Assembly (NCBI GenBank): GCA_963669175.1
Contig: OY769902.1
Coordinates: forward strand, 5,024,001 to 5,088,000
Reading direction: 5' to 3'
Source of the DNA: a bacterium
Lineage (GTDB): Bacteria; Electryoneota; Electryoneia; Electryoneales; Electryoneaceae
DNA: 64,000 bases
Shown here: positions 8,362-17,830 of the stretch, one piece after another
Layout: the number at the start of each line of letters is the position of its first letter
Numbering within the stretch: position 1 is the stretch's first letter
Notes under the pieces: generated by a model
Seen by the model: only the letters and a program-made list of their open reading frames with translations
Told to the model about the DNA's origin: nothing
The model's database searches: none
Position numbers and translations under genes: made by a program

Positions 8362-10035
8362 GTGAAAACGATTTCAATTTCGAGAATCCATGTAGTTTCC
8401 CTCATCATTATGCTGGTGCTCTCCACACAGGCATTTTCCCAAATTCATATCTCTGGCGAGCTGAACGGAACATTGACAGACACAACGTACATCGTGGATG
8501 ACGATGCGTATATCAATAGTTCGCTTACCATTGAACCGGGTGCGGTATTACGTTTCGAGGATGGTGCACAGTTCGATATCTATGGCCTTCTGGTAGCGGA
8601 AGGGACAGTAGAGGATACCATCTATTTTATTTTGAATGATGGCGCTGAAGCTTGGGGTGGGATTGATTTGAATCTTAATTCTTCTGCGCTGTGCCGTTTG
8701 TCCTACTGCTACATATCCGGTAGTAATTCTTGTGGAATTCTATGTTGGGATGCTGAACCGTATCGAATAAGCCACTGTGTCATTACCAACAATTCAGCCA
8801 GCGACCCAGACCAGGAGACGAATATTGGGGGCGGGATTTACTGGTTTGTTAGCTTCGGCGTGGAAGGTATTCGCAATTGCACTATCAGTAATAATGAAGA
8901 TTGTGGTATTTATATCGACATGATAGGCAATGCTACTCTTGACAGTTTGACAATAACAGGAAATAGTGACGGAGGTATTGTTATTTGTGAATCATACTTA
9001 ACCATGTCGAATAGTATCATCAGTAATAATGTTGCAGACACAAGCAATGTGAGGCGTGCAGGAGGCCTTTCGCTTGCAGAGGATGCAGGCGGGTTTACGC
9101 TTCTCAATTCTGAAGTCTCTAACAATTCAGGCTATACTGGCGGAATTTATTCAGATGTAGGTATCACATGTGTTAATTCATCTATATTGAATAACAGCAG
9201 TGAAGCACGCATAGGAGGTATAAATGTGGACTATGGAACATTCTCAGGTTGTATTATAAGTGGAAACAGTGGTGCCTACTGTGGAGGTATTCTTACACGG
9301 TCAGATATAGTGTTGGATCACTGTACTGTTGCTCAGAATATCAGTTATAGCAATTCTTCGAATGTCATAATGTATTTTAATTACAATATTATAACCAATA
9401 ATATTTTTTCCTTTAACCATGGAAATGGTTTATATATAGGTAATGGTGACAATTATAATGACATAAGAAATAATTTATTCTTTGGCAATACACCGTACAA
9501 CTTTAGATACTCAGAGGACTATGATACTGTTGGTGTCCTATCTACGACGAATAGTAATGGTGATTCCTGTGATCATTATTACAATCTTTTCCTTGATCCC
9601 ATGTTTGCCGATACCGGTGCGGGTGATTACTCATTGACAGAAGAATCGCCCTGTATTGATGCCGGTACCCCTGATTCTACCTATGATCCGGATAACACAA
9701 TTACCGATATTGGAGCGATTTATTTCAACCAGGCAGAAGTACCCCATAATCAGCAATCCGAATCTCCGGAAACCTTCCGAGTCAGTCCTGCGTACCCCAA
9801 TCCGTTTAATGCCGTAACCCGACTTCGTATAGATGTCCCTTATACATCTTCAGTGCATGTTTCTGTTTTCGATATTCTTGGACGTCAAGTACTTGTTCTC
9901 AAAGAAGATGTTCACTCTTGCGGCGTGCATGAACTGGTAATCGATGGATCCTCTTTGAGTTCAGGTACCTATTTTGTAAGCATTGCATTCGATGAAAGGC
10001 AGCAAAGAACAAGCAAAATCGTACTCCTGAAATAA
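8362..10035 (+). CDS. T9SS-sorted right-handed parallel beta-helix protein
   Basis: Signal peptide (probable GTG start 8362), PbH1-like N/S/G repeats, DPMF...SPCIDAG...DIGA module, C-terminal YPNPFN...SSGTYF...KIVLLK sorting domain. Confidence 0.88.
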   Translation: MKTISISRIHVVSLIIMLVLSTQAFSQIHISGELNGTLTDTTYIVDDDAYINSSLTIEPGAVLRFEDGAQFDIYGLLVAEGTVEDTIYFILNDGAEAWGGIDLNLNSSALCRLSYCYISGSNSCGILCWDAEPYRISHCVITNNSASDPDQETNIGGGIYWFVSFGVEGIRNCTISNNEDCGIYIDMIGNATLDSLTITGNSDGGIVICESYLTMSNSIISNNVADTSNVRRAGGLSLAEDAGGFTLLNSEVSNNSGYTGGIYSDVGITCVNSSILNNSSEARIGGINVDYGTFSGCIISGNSGAYCGGILTRSDIVLDHCTVAQNISYSNSSNVIMYFNYNIITNNIFSFNHGNGLYIGNGDNYNDIRNNLFFGNTPYNFRYSEDYDTVGVLSTTNSNGDSCDHYYNLFLDPMFADTGAGDYSLTEESPCIDAGTPDSTYDPDNTITDIGAIYFNQAEVPHNQQSESPETFRVSPAYPNPFNAVTRLRIDVPYTSSVHVSVFDILGRQVLVLKEDVHSCGVHELVIDGSSLSSGTYFVSIAFDERQQRTSKIVLLK

Positions 10036-10262
10036 GGCTACTTTTCCGACTTGCGCACCAAGGTCGCGTGGCCCGGTGTGCTGGCACCCGGGCATTGCGA
10101 AGCACCTTCGATAGGGGATTTATTCCTGAATACTAACCTATACAAGAGAAAGACAGATCGACCATATTTGATAGGACTCCTGTGTTTTCTTTAGTCAGGA
10201 AATGTCATTTATGGAGAGTTGTTCATTGGTTTCGTGAGCACAACCGCCCGGGTGCAAGCACT

Positions 10263-10355
10263 CCGGGCCACGCGGTCTTTCAAAACCCTCTACAAACAAA
10301 CCGGGCCACGTGGTCTTTCAAAACCCTCTACAAACAAACCGGGCCACGCGGTCTT
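10263..10355. repeat. 38-bp tandem repeat (about 2.4 copies) attached to a REP palindrome
   Basis: CCGGGCCACGYGGTCTTTCAAAACCCTCTACAAACAAA units start at 10263, 10301 and 10339. Confidence 0.85.
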
Positions 10356-10370
10356 GCTTCATGAATTTAT

Positions 10371-10406
10371 AAAAAACAGGTCACACCACCGAAGCGGTAT
10401 GACCTG
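10371..10406 (-). terminator. Intrinsic terminator of the rubrerythrin-family gene
   Basis: CAGGTCA...TGACCTG stem with a T-run on the minus strand. Confidence 0.65.
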
Positions 10407-10438
10407 AGAATTGGTCTTCACAATGCTGAAGCGGAAGT

Positions 10439-10957
10439 TTAGAACGGCGAAAAACCACCAGCGGCCCAGTAATCCTCTTTCAGGTTTTCCTGTTCGCCGA
10501 GCAGAGCAGTGTAATGGCCTTTTTCCCAGTCGACCAGCATCTGGTAGAAGTCGGCGACTTCCTTCTCGCCGTTCTTGGTGGCCTCATCACGTTCGCCTTC
10601 ATAGAACTTGATCGCGTTCAATTCGAGGGTGATCCCGATGGACAGCGCGCTCATCTCCATGTGGGCATCCTTGATTCTCTTCTTGAAATCGTCGGAGAAA
10701 ATCGGATGATCACCGGTCAGTTCATGCTGTTTCGGCAGTTTCAGGGTGCCGTCGATCTTGCCCATCTGCTTGATCGCGACATACTGCCCCTTCAGGAAAG
10801 CAACGTGTGCCTTTTCTTCCTGGGCCAGCATCTGAAACACTTCGCGTCCCTTGGGATCCTGCGTATTCATGGAAGCCATGGTGTAGAAGTTCACGCCATC
10901 GCCTTCACCCTGGATCGCCTGCTTCAATCCTTCAAGAATGCGGTCCTTTGCCTGCAT
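10439..10957 (-). CDS. Rubrerythrin/ferritin-like diiron protein
   Basis: AIQGE...FY, LAQEEKAH, LELNAIKFY and WEKGH ExxH pairs. Confidence 0.88.
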   Translation of the reverse strand: MQAKDRILEGLKQAIQGEGDGVNFYTMASMNTQDPKGREVFQMLAQEEKAHVAFLKGQYVAIKQMGKIDGTLKLPKQHELTGDHPIFSDDFKKRIKDAHMEMSALSIGITLELNAIKFYEGERDEATKNGEKEVADFYQMLVDWEKGHYTALLGEQENLKEDYWAAGGFSPF

Positions 10958-11041
10958 TACTCACTCCCGTATGTTCATGAATAGTTGACTGTCTTTCCAG
11001 TTCCGGCTTGTACAGTGTTGTCAGCCGCCCCAGACGACAAG

Positions 11042-12568
11042 TTACATATTCACGGCGTTGGTGTCAGCCTTCTTTTCTTTGGTAAAGAAGTAGAAGAGCA
11101 ACATGCCGATGGTCGAAGCCAGGCCGATGCAGGTCAGAACCACCCATACTCGCCAGGGATCATACGCATCCCACAGGGTACGAATCGCGTTATCCAGCAT
11201 TTCCTGGTTTGGCACGGCACCGTTGTTCATGACAGACGCCATTGTTTCCAGCACCTTATCCTTACCCAGTTCAGCTACTTGAACCGGATCCATATTCAAT
11301 GTATTGACCAGGTACTGACGGGCGAAGTTTTCACGGCTGCCCATGCTGTCATACAGAGGACCGGACACGAGGTTACCAACTGTCCACCCTACCGCGAACG
11401 GGATGTTGGAATAGCCCATGTACAGCGCTTTTTTATCCGGTGGGGCGATTAACCCCACATACTCGGAGAATTTCGGGCTGCATGTCATCTCACCAATGGC
11501 GAAGATGAAGATAGCAAGTGCGACCATCCAACCTACATTGGACGCGCCACTCATCAGGAAGCCAACCAGGGAAATCGCCATACCCAGGATCAGGGATACC
11601 ATCGGGTGGAATTTCCCGGACAGGTAGGTGACAAACAAAACCAGCAGGATAATGCCGAAGCTGTCGATGTTAATCATCATTTCCGGCTTCACATTGCCAT
11701 TGGGCAGGGTAACATCACCCAGCCAGCCGAACATGAAATTAAACATCGGCGCTACATCACGGCTGAACACCCATTCATCAATGAAGTTCGGCAGCAGATC
11801 CCAGAGCTGCATGAACATGAACCAGAAACCGCTGAAGATCGCCAGGAAGATGACAAAACGTGCATCAGTGAATACGCTGACAATATCCTTACCGGTCTGT
11901 CCCAGGGATTTTTTGCTGGCGGGACGTTCGGGTTCCTTGTACAGGAAGATGGTCGGAATGAAGTTGAACGCTGTCACTGCTGCCGCGCACAGGAAGACCA
12001 GCTTCCAGTTGTGCTCTCCACGCAGGATGGCGGCGAGGATCGGGGCAAGGAAACCACCGATGTTTACCATCCAGTAGAAGATACCCCAACCGACAGAGCT
12101 GTTCTCATCTTTTACTGTCTGGGCTACGGTACCCTGTGCCGGTGGCTTGAAGATGGCGGTTCCAAGCCCGATAGTACAAGCGGCCAGCATGGCGAACCAG
12201 AAATTGGCCGATAATCCGCCACCGGAAGCCGCAGCCATTTCCGGGATAAAGGCCCAGATCAGGTACCCGACAAAGTTGATGGTATAGGCAACATACAGGC
12301 TCTTTTTGTACCCGTAGTTGTCTGTGAAAGCACCCGACACCATCGGGACCAGGCATTGGATCAACGCCCAGACACCATAGATAATACCTTTTTGTGTATA
12401 AGATAACTCGAGGCCGTTCTCTGCCACCGAGTAGATCATGTACAGGGGAAGGATCGCACGAATGCCGAAGAACGCCAACCGTTCATTGATCTCCAGCCAG
12501 TTTGCCATCCAGAAGTTGCCAGGGAGCATTTTTACCTGCTGCCCCCATGATAAGCCTTTGCCTGCCAC
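11042..12568 (-). CDS. MFS transporter, POT/peptide-type
   Basis: EINERLAFFG (ExxERF-like) and IFYWMVNIGG motifs, many TM segments. Probable GTG start 12568 after GGAGG. Confidence 0.88.
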   Translation of the reverse strand: MAGKGLSWGQQVKMLPGNFWMANWLEINERLAFFGIRAILPLYMIYSVAENGLELSYTQKGIIYGVWALIQCLVPMVSGAFTDNYGYKKSLYVAYTINFVGYLIWAFIPEMAAASGGGLSANFWFAMLAACTIGLGTAIFKPPAQGTVAQTVKDENSSVGWGIFYWMVNIGGFLAPILAAILRGEHNWKLVFLCAAAVTAFNFIPTIFLYKEPERPASKKSLGQTGKDIVSVFTDARFVIFLAIFSGFWFMFMQLWDLLPNFIDEWVFSRDVAPMFNFMFGWLGDVTLPNGNVKPEMMINIDSFGIILLVLFVTYLSGKFHPMVSLILGMAISLVGFLMSGASNVGWMVALAIFIFAIGEMTCSPKFSEYVGLIAPPDKKALYMGYSNIPFAVGWTVGNLVSGPLYDSMGSRENFARQYLVNTLNMDPVQVAELGKDKVLETMASVMNNGAVPNQEMLDNAIRTLWDAYDPWRVWVVLTCIGLASTIGMLLFYFFTKEKKADTNAVNM

Positions 12569-12864
12569 GTAAACCTCCTGCTTAGCTTCCAGCGTTTTCA
12601 CACAGCTTGTGAGAAAAATCACGTAACCGGAGAAGATACACTCCTATTGTCGCGTTCGCCATATGGAGAGAAGACTGGTTAAAGAAAGGCTTGAAGATCG
12701 ATCCTCAGGATGGTCAATGGGATTACAGTGAAGCGACAATGGCGAAGTATCCAGAGGAGTAGATCCCGGACAACGCTAAACGACAGCGTTTCCGGGATGA
12801 CGCGGTAGCTGGTTTTGATAGGTAATAAAAGCGTTGCCGGGATGACGTGATAGCCGGTATTCGG

Positions 12865-13232
12865 CGAAAAATGGGACTGTTACCTTTTCATGATTGTAGA
12901 TGCAGGATGGCGAGACGACGGCTGGTGAAAAGGTAACTGTACCGAATTTTTCGCTGGCTACTGCGAGAATAGCCTGAGCAGGAAAATGCTGGGACAGCTA
13001 CCTTTTTCACAATAGGTTCTTCTGGAAATCAATTGCCATGTCAAAATGAAAAGATCATCAAGCAACATCATCCTGCCCAAAGTGAAAAAGTGTAGCAGTC
13101 CCGATTTTCCTGTTTGTTCCCTGTGAGAAAAACGGTGCTGTTACCTTTTCGTGATTGCAGATGCAGGATGGCGAGACAACGGCTGGTGAAAAGGTAACTG
13201 TACCGAATTTTTCGCTGGCTACTGCGAGATTA
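12865..13232. mobile_element. Composite of three GGGACWG...CWGTMCC palindromic units (subtype B, order A-B-A)
   Basis: GGGACTGTTACCTTTTC...GAAAAGGTAACTGTACC unit nearly duplicated at 12865-12970 and 13125-13230, with a second unit type between them. Confidence 0.8.
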
Positions 13233-13342
13233 TAATGGCTGAACAATCGCTCTTTCGCCACTCCGGGGAGTTGCCTATATTTCCACCTGCCGGTATACTG
13301 ACGGCCCTTACGCCTACAGTTTGAAAGAGAGTAGATAATTCC

Positions 13343-14665
13343 ATGATTTTTCGGCTTCGCCATACACTGCCCGCATTGATGCTCCTGCTTGCATTTGCCA
13401 GTTCACCCCTGTTATGTCCTGCGGTAAATGCGGAAGAATCTGAGGATGAAATCCTTGAGGTTTACCGTGAGGCCTACCCGGCGGAGTTCTACCGTCCCAA
13501 ACTGGTCTATTATCCGGGAACACCTGCCCCGTTGTACAGAAGCGATGTGGCTGAAGCGGCGCGGAATTTTAATGACAGACTTCGTTACGCTATTGACTGG
13601 ACCGGGTACGTTGAGCTGATCGAAGCGGAACAAGCTCCTACAGACAGCGCCGCATTGTACAATCCCGCGGACCCGATTACCGAGCTTCACGTTGAGTTCA
13701 AGCGTCCGAAAGAAGATCGTTTCGGCTATGCGACCGTCTGGATGTCCGCTCCGGGAGAGACAGCTTCTTTCGCTGACGGTATCCATTTTGATGTTACAAC
13801 AGTCCAGAAAGCAGCCGATACCATTGCACGAATTATCCTGTTCCGTTTGACCGGATTAACCGCTCCCTTTGACAGTAAGATCTGCTGCGTTCATGAAGAG
13901 GGCCGAATCAAGGAATTGAAGCTGCTGGCCTTCGATGGACGTTTCATTCAGCAGATTACCAGCGATAAAAACATTGCATTGTCTCCCACATGGTCGCCTG
14001 ATGGTACGAAAATCGCTTTCTGCTCATTCCGTGGCGGGAAAGACGCCGACCTGTGGATCGCGGACCTTACGCTTGGGAAAATGCGTCCCCTGGTGACCCG
14101 CATGGGAACCGATGCCGCTCCGGCATGGAGTCCTGACGGAAACTGGATCGTATTCGCAGGCTCCAGTGGCGCGGAAACTCATCTGTACAAGGTCCACCCT
14201 GATGGCACCGGGATGCAGGTGATGACCTTCATGAACTGCATCGATACTTCGCCCTCCTGGTCACCGACCGGACGTGACCTTGTCTTCATGTCTGACCGTA
14301 GCGGCAGCCCCCAGATATACAGGATGGACAGCGAAGGGCTGAACATCATCCGCCTTACCAGTGGCAGAGGGTATAACGCTGATCCGGCATGGTCGCCGGC
14401 AGGTGATTTTATCGTCTATACCCGGCTCGAACCGCATGGATTCCAGTTACGAATCATGGACCCGGCCGGCGGCAATGACATCCCCCTGACCGATGAACGT
14501 GGCGACCATCTTGAACCTTCCTGGAGCCCGGACGGGATGAAAATCACCTATTCCTTCAAGGGAAAACTCTGGGTGATGAATGTGGATGGCTTGAACAAAC
14601 GACCGCTTCTCAATGGCGGCCTGATGTCTACCTGGTCCCCGCCGCAGGATGATGAAGAGTTTTAG
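13343..14665 (+). CDS. tolB: TolB-like periplasmic beta-propeller (PD40 repeats)
   Basis: Signal peptide; repeats PTWSPDG, PAWSPDG, PSWSPTG, PAWSPAG, PSWSPDG; SDRSGSPQIY. Confidence 0.8.
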   Translation: MIFRLRHTLPALMLLLAFASSPLLCPAVNAEESEDEILEVYREAYPAEFYRPKLVYYPGTPAPLYRSDVAEAARNFNDRLRYAIDWTGYVELIEAEQAPTDSAALYNPADPITELHVEFKRPKEDRFGYATVWMSAPGETASFADGIHFDVTTVQKAADTIARIILFRLTGLTAPFDSKICCVHEEGRIKELKLLAFDGRFIQQITSDKNIALSPTWSPDGTKIAFCSFRGGKDADLWIADLTLGKMRPLVTRMGTDAAPAWSPDGNWIVFAGSSGAETHLYKVHPDGTGMQVMTFMNCIDTSPSWSPTGRDLVFMSDRSGSPQIYRMDSEGLNIIRLTSGRGYNADPAWSPAGDFIVYTRLEPHGFQLRIMDPAGGNDIPLTDERGDHLEPSWSPDGMKITYSFKGKLWVMNVDGLNKRPLLNGGLMSTWSPPQDDEEF

Positions 14666-14729
14666 CATTTGCACAATTTATCAATAATGCAGAATATGGA
14701 TAGTTGCGTGTAAAATTGTGAATTAGTCG

Positions 14730-14980
14730 GCGAAAAACGGGACTGTTACCTTTTCGTGTATTCAAATGCAGGACTATCCAATCGATGTTGGTGAAAAGGT
14801 AACTGTACCTGGTTTTTCGCCTTACACTACGGAACAATGATGAACAATGGAAAATGCCGGGACAGTTACCAATTTCGCATAACAATTTTCTGGCAATGAA
14901 AATCATGTATGGTTGACAAACCCTGTTCACAGGGATCAGTTTCCAAGCTGGCGAAATTGTGTAACACTCCCCATTTTCCA
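14730..14980. mobile_element. Composite of two GGGACWG-family palindromic units (subtype B, order A-B)
   Basis: Same ends and order as 12865-13110, with diverged spacers. Confidence 0.75.
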
Positions 14981-15107
14981 TTGACTTCGATTTTACATCC
15001 AGCGAAGCGCTGAAATCCCTCTTATGGCTGTCTCCCTCTGCCTGTCCGCTTTATCTACCCCGGAATCATTCGTAAATTAAAGCCAAGTAAAAACTAACGG
15101 AGTTGCT

Positions 15108-15755
15108 TTGATGTTGGACCAACAGGTCATCCCACTTTTTGCGTTGCCAAGAGTGTTGTTCCCGAAGATGATGCTGCCATTACACATTTTCGAGGACCGG
15201 TACAAGGAGATGATTCGGTATTGCCTGGATCGCGGACAGGGTTTTGGAATCCTGACCGATGAAGCCCTGGAGCCGGGTTCTATCGGCACCATGGCTTCAA
15301 TTCATAAAATCGTAAAGAAGTATTCCGACGGTCGATACGACCTGATGGTCCTCGGTGGGCAACGGTTCCGTCTGCTTCAACCCATAGACCTTCTCGGTTT
15401 TCCCCAGGGACATGTTGAATTGATTGACGATCTTCCTGAGGATGCCGTTGCCGAGGAACAGGTGCAGAACATGCTTGAGCTGTACAAGGGATTTATCTCA
15501 AGGCTGGCGCTCAAGCACTCCCAGCGTGAAGATCTCTCCGACATTCTCGATGACATCAACAGCGAACAGGACATTTCCTATATCATCAGCCAGACTATCG
15601 GCATGGACGCCCAACGTCAAGCCGAGCTTCTCGGGGTCACAAATCCGGTCGAACGTGTGGAGAAACTCACAGGCGAACTCCGTCGTCTCCGCAGGGTAAA
15701 TCAGATCGCCAGAAACCTGTTTGAAAGCGATGACTTTGACCCGTCAATGAATTAA
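15108..15755 (+). CDS. LON peptidase substrate-binding domain protein
   Basis: IPLFAL..VLFP...LPLHIFEDRYKEM and DGRYDLMVLGGQRF. Confidence 0.88.
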   Translation: MMLDQQVIPLFALPRVLFPKMMLPLHIFEDRYKEMIRYCLDRGQGFGILTDEALEPGSIGTMASIHKIVKKYSDGRYDLMVLGGQRFRLLQPIDLLGFPQGHVELIDDLPEDAVAEEQVQNMLELYKGFISRLALKHSQREDLSDILDDINSEQDISYIISQTIGMDAQRQAELLGVTNPVERVEKLTGELRRLRRVNQIARNLFESDDFDPSMN

Positions 15756-15800
15756 CTTCCTTTCAGTTCGGAAACGTAAACCCTAACCATCGATTGGCAC

Positions 15801-17051
15801 ATGAACGACTCCATCCTTCTCACGGGAATCGGGTGGATGGCGACTCCCTGCCCTCCATCTGACAGACACGCCTTATACCAGGTCAACTTCCTCGATGCAG
15901 ACAGCATTCTGCTTGAATCCGGCAAGATCACCTGGATCGGCAAGTATGCAGATTTTAAGGGCGCCCCAGTCAGTAAACGGATTGATCTTGAAGGACGCGG
16001 TGTCACACCGGGCCTGATTGATTTTCATGCTCACCCCGTTTTCGCTTCCACCCGTGAAGACGAGTTTGAACTTCGCACTCGTGGCGCCAGTTATGCGGAA
16101 ATCGCCCAGGCTGGCGGCGGAATTCTCAATTCAGTGAAAAAGTTGCGTAACACAGAAGAAGCCCAACTTATTGCCTCCTCGCTTCCCTACCTGCAGGCCG
16201 CGATGATTCACGGTACAACCACGATGGAAGCGAAAAGCGGGTACGGCTTGTCTCCGGATGCAGAAGTTAAAATGCTGGAAGTGATCCGTGAACTTGATCT
16301 TCAGCAACCGGTTGATCTGATTCCGACTTTCCTCGGCGCTCATGAATTCCCCCCGGAATACCGTGAAGATCATGAGGGCTATATCAACCTCCTGGTCAAT
16401 GAAATGATCCCGATGGTTGCCGCACGCAACCTCGCGGCAGCATGCGATATTTTCTGTGAAACGGGCGTCTTTTCGGTAGAAGAAGCACGCAGAGTTCTCA
16501 CGGCTGCAAAAGAAAACGGTTTGCAGACGAAAGTTCATGCCGATCAGTTGACCCCGTTGGGCGGTGCGAAACTGGCCGCTGAACTGGGTTCACTCTCCGC
16601 TGACCATATTGAGTTTATTACCGATGAAGGCGTTGATGCCTTGGCCGAATCGGGCACTGTCGCGGGGCTGTTGCCGGTAGCGGCACATTTCCTTCGGATG
16701 ACTCAAGACCCGCCGGTACGCACGATGATTGAAAAGGGTGTGGTCTGCGCTTTGGCAACCGATTTCAATCCGGGCAGCGCCATGTCTCCCAACATGCAGA
16801 TGGCGCTTCACCTGGGTGTTATTCGTTTCCGTATCACCGCGGAAGAAGCGTTGTGGATGGCCACAGCCGGTTCTGCTCGCGCGCTTGGCCTGGTTGATCG
16901 TGGCTGGATCGGTGAAGGTGCAAAAGCAGACCTTGTTGTCTGGAATGCAAAAAGCCTGAAACAATTGCCCTACTATTTCGGCGTGAATCTCGCACACCAG
17001 GTATATATTAATGGTCAACTTGTCGTAGAAGACAACAGGATTACAGTATGA
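15801..17051 (+). CDS. hutI: Imidazolonepropionase
   Basis: PGLIDFHAHPVF, GGGILNSV, EAKSGYGL, TFLGAH, HADQL, ATDFNPGS. Confidence 0.95.
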   Translation: MNDSILLTGIGWMATPCPPSDRHALYQVNFLDADSILLESGKITWIGKYADFKGAPVSKRIDLEGRGVTPGLIDFHAHPVFASTREDEFELRTRGASYAEIAQAGGGILNSVKKLRNTEEAQLIASSLPYLQAAMIHGTTTMEAKSGYGLSPDAEVKMLEVIRELDLQQPVDLIPTFLGAHEFPPEYREDHEGYINLLVNEMIPMVAARNLAAACDIFCETGVFSVEEARRVLTAAKENGLQTKVHADQLTPLGGAKLAAELGSLSADHIEFITDEGVDALAESGTVAGLLPVAAHFLRMTQDPPVRTMIEKGVVCALATDFNPGSAMSPNMQMALHLGVIRFRITAEEALWMATAGSARALGLVDRGWIGEGAKADLVVWNAKSLKQLPYYFGVNLAHQVYINGQLVVEDNRITV

Positions 17052-17830
17052 TTGTAGTCGGCACATCCGGATATCATTTCAAAGATTGGACCGGTGTGTT
17101 TTATCCGCCTGAGCTGGAGAACCAGTACTGGCTTGACTACTATGCGAAACACTTTAAAACTGTTGAAATAAACTCCACCTATTACGGACTTCCCCGGGTT
17201 GACACGGTAGCTCGATGGGCAGATCAGACTCCTGATGATTTTGATTTTATTGTGAAAGTTCACGGCGATACAACTCATAAACGAACAGACAATGGCGCGA
17301 GTCTGAACGAATTACTGCAAGTGCTTTCACCCTTGCGGGAACAGGGCAAGCTTGCCGGTCTGCTGGCGCAGTTTCCGGCATCGTTTCACAATGGCGACAA
17401 AGAACGTGACTATCTCCGCGCGGTTATCCATCACACGGAAGGTCTCAATATTTTCGTAGAATTCAGACATTATACCTGGGATAGTGACGATGCTGTAGCC
17501 TTTTGCCGCGAGATCGGGGCGGGATGGGTTGCAGTTGATCTTCCCCGCATTGGCGGACTTCCAGGGGCGCGTCCTGCGGTAACCACTGCGACTGGTTACA
17601 TTCGCTTTCATGGACGTAATTCGAAGACATGGTATACTCCGGAAGCCGGCGATCGCTACGATTGGATGTACAGCGACCGTGAGCTTCAGCAATGGCTGCC
17701 ACGCCTGAAAGCGATGGATCAGCGCGCCGAGAAAACCTATTTGTTCTTTAATAATTGTCACGCCGGACAGGCGATAAAGAGTGCTGAAAAAATGCGACGA
17801 ATGCTCGAGAACCAATACGAGGTCCTTTAG
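17048..17830 (+). CDS. DUF72 domain protein
   Basis: VGTSGY...W...FYP, TVEINSTYY, QFPASF, VEFRH, YIRFHGRN, FFNN. Confidence 0.92.
   Translation: MIVVGTSGYHFKDWTGVFYPPELENQYWLDYYAKHFKTVEINSTYYGLPRVDTVARWADQTPDDFDFIVKVHGDTTHKRTDNGASLNELLQVLSPLREQGKLAGLLAQFPASFHNGDKERDYLRAVIHHTEGLNIFVEFRHYTWDSDDAVAFCREIGAGWVAVDLPRIGGLPGARPAVTTATGYIRFHGRNSKTWYTPEAGDRYDWMYSDRELQQWLPRLKAMDQRAEKTYLFFNNCHAGQAIKSAEKMRRMLENQYEVL

Noticed and set aside
10263-10355. Possible CRISPR array (38-nt period)
   Set aside because: The units are essentially identical end to end, with no unique spacers and no cas genes; it is a tandem duplication at a REP.
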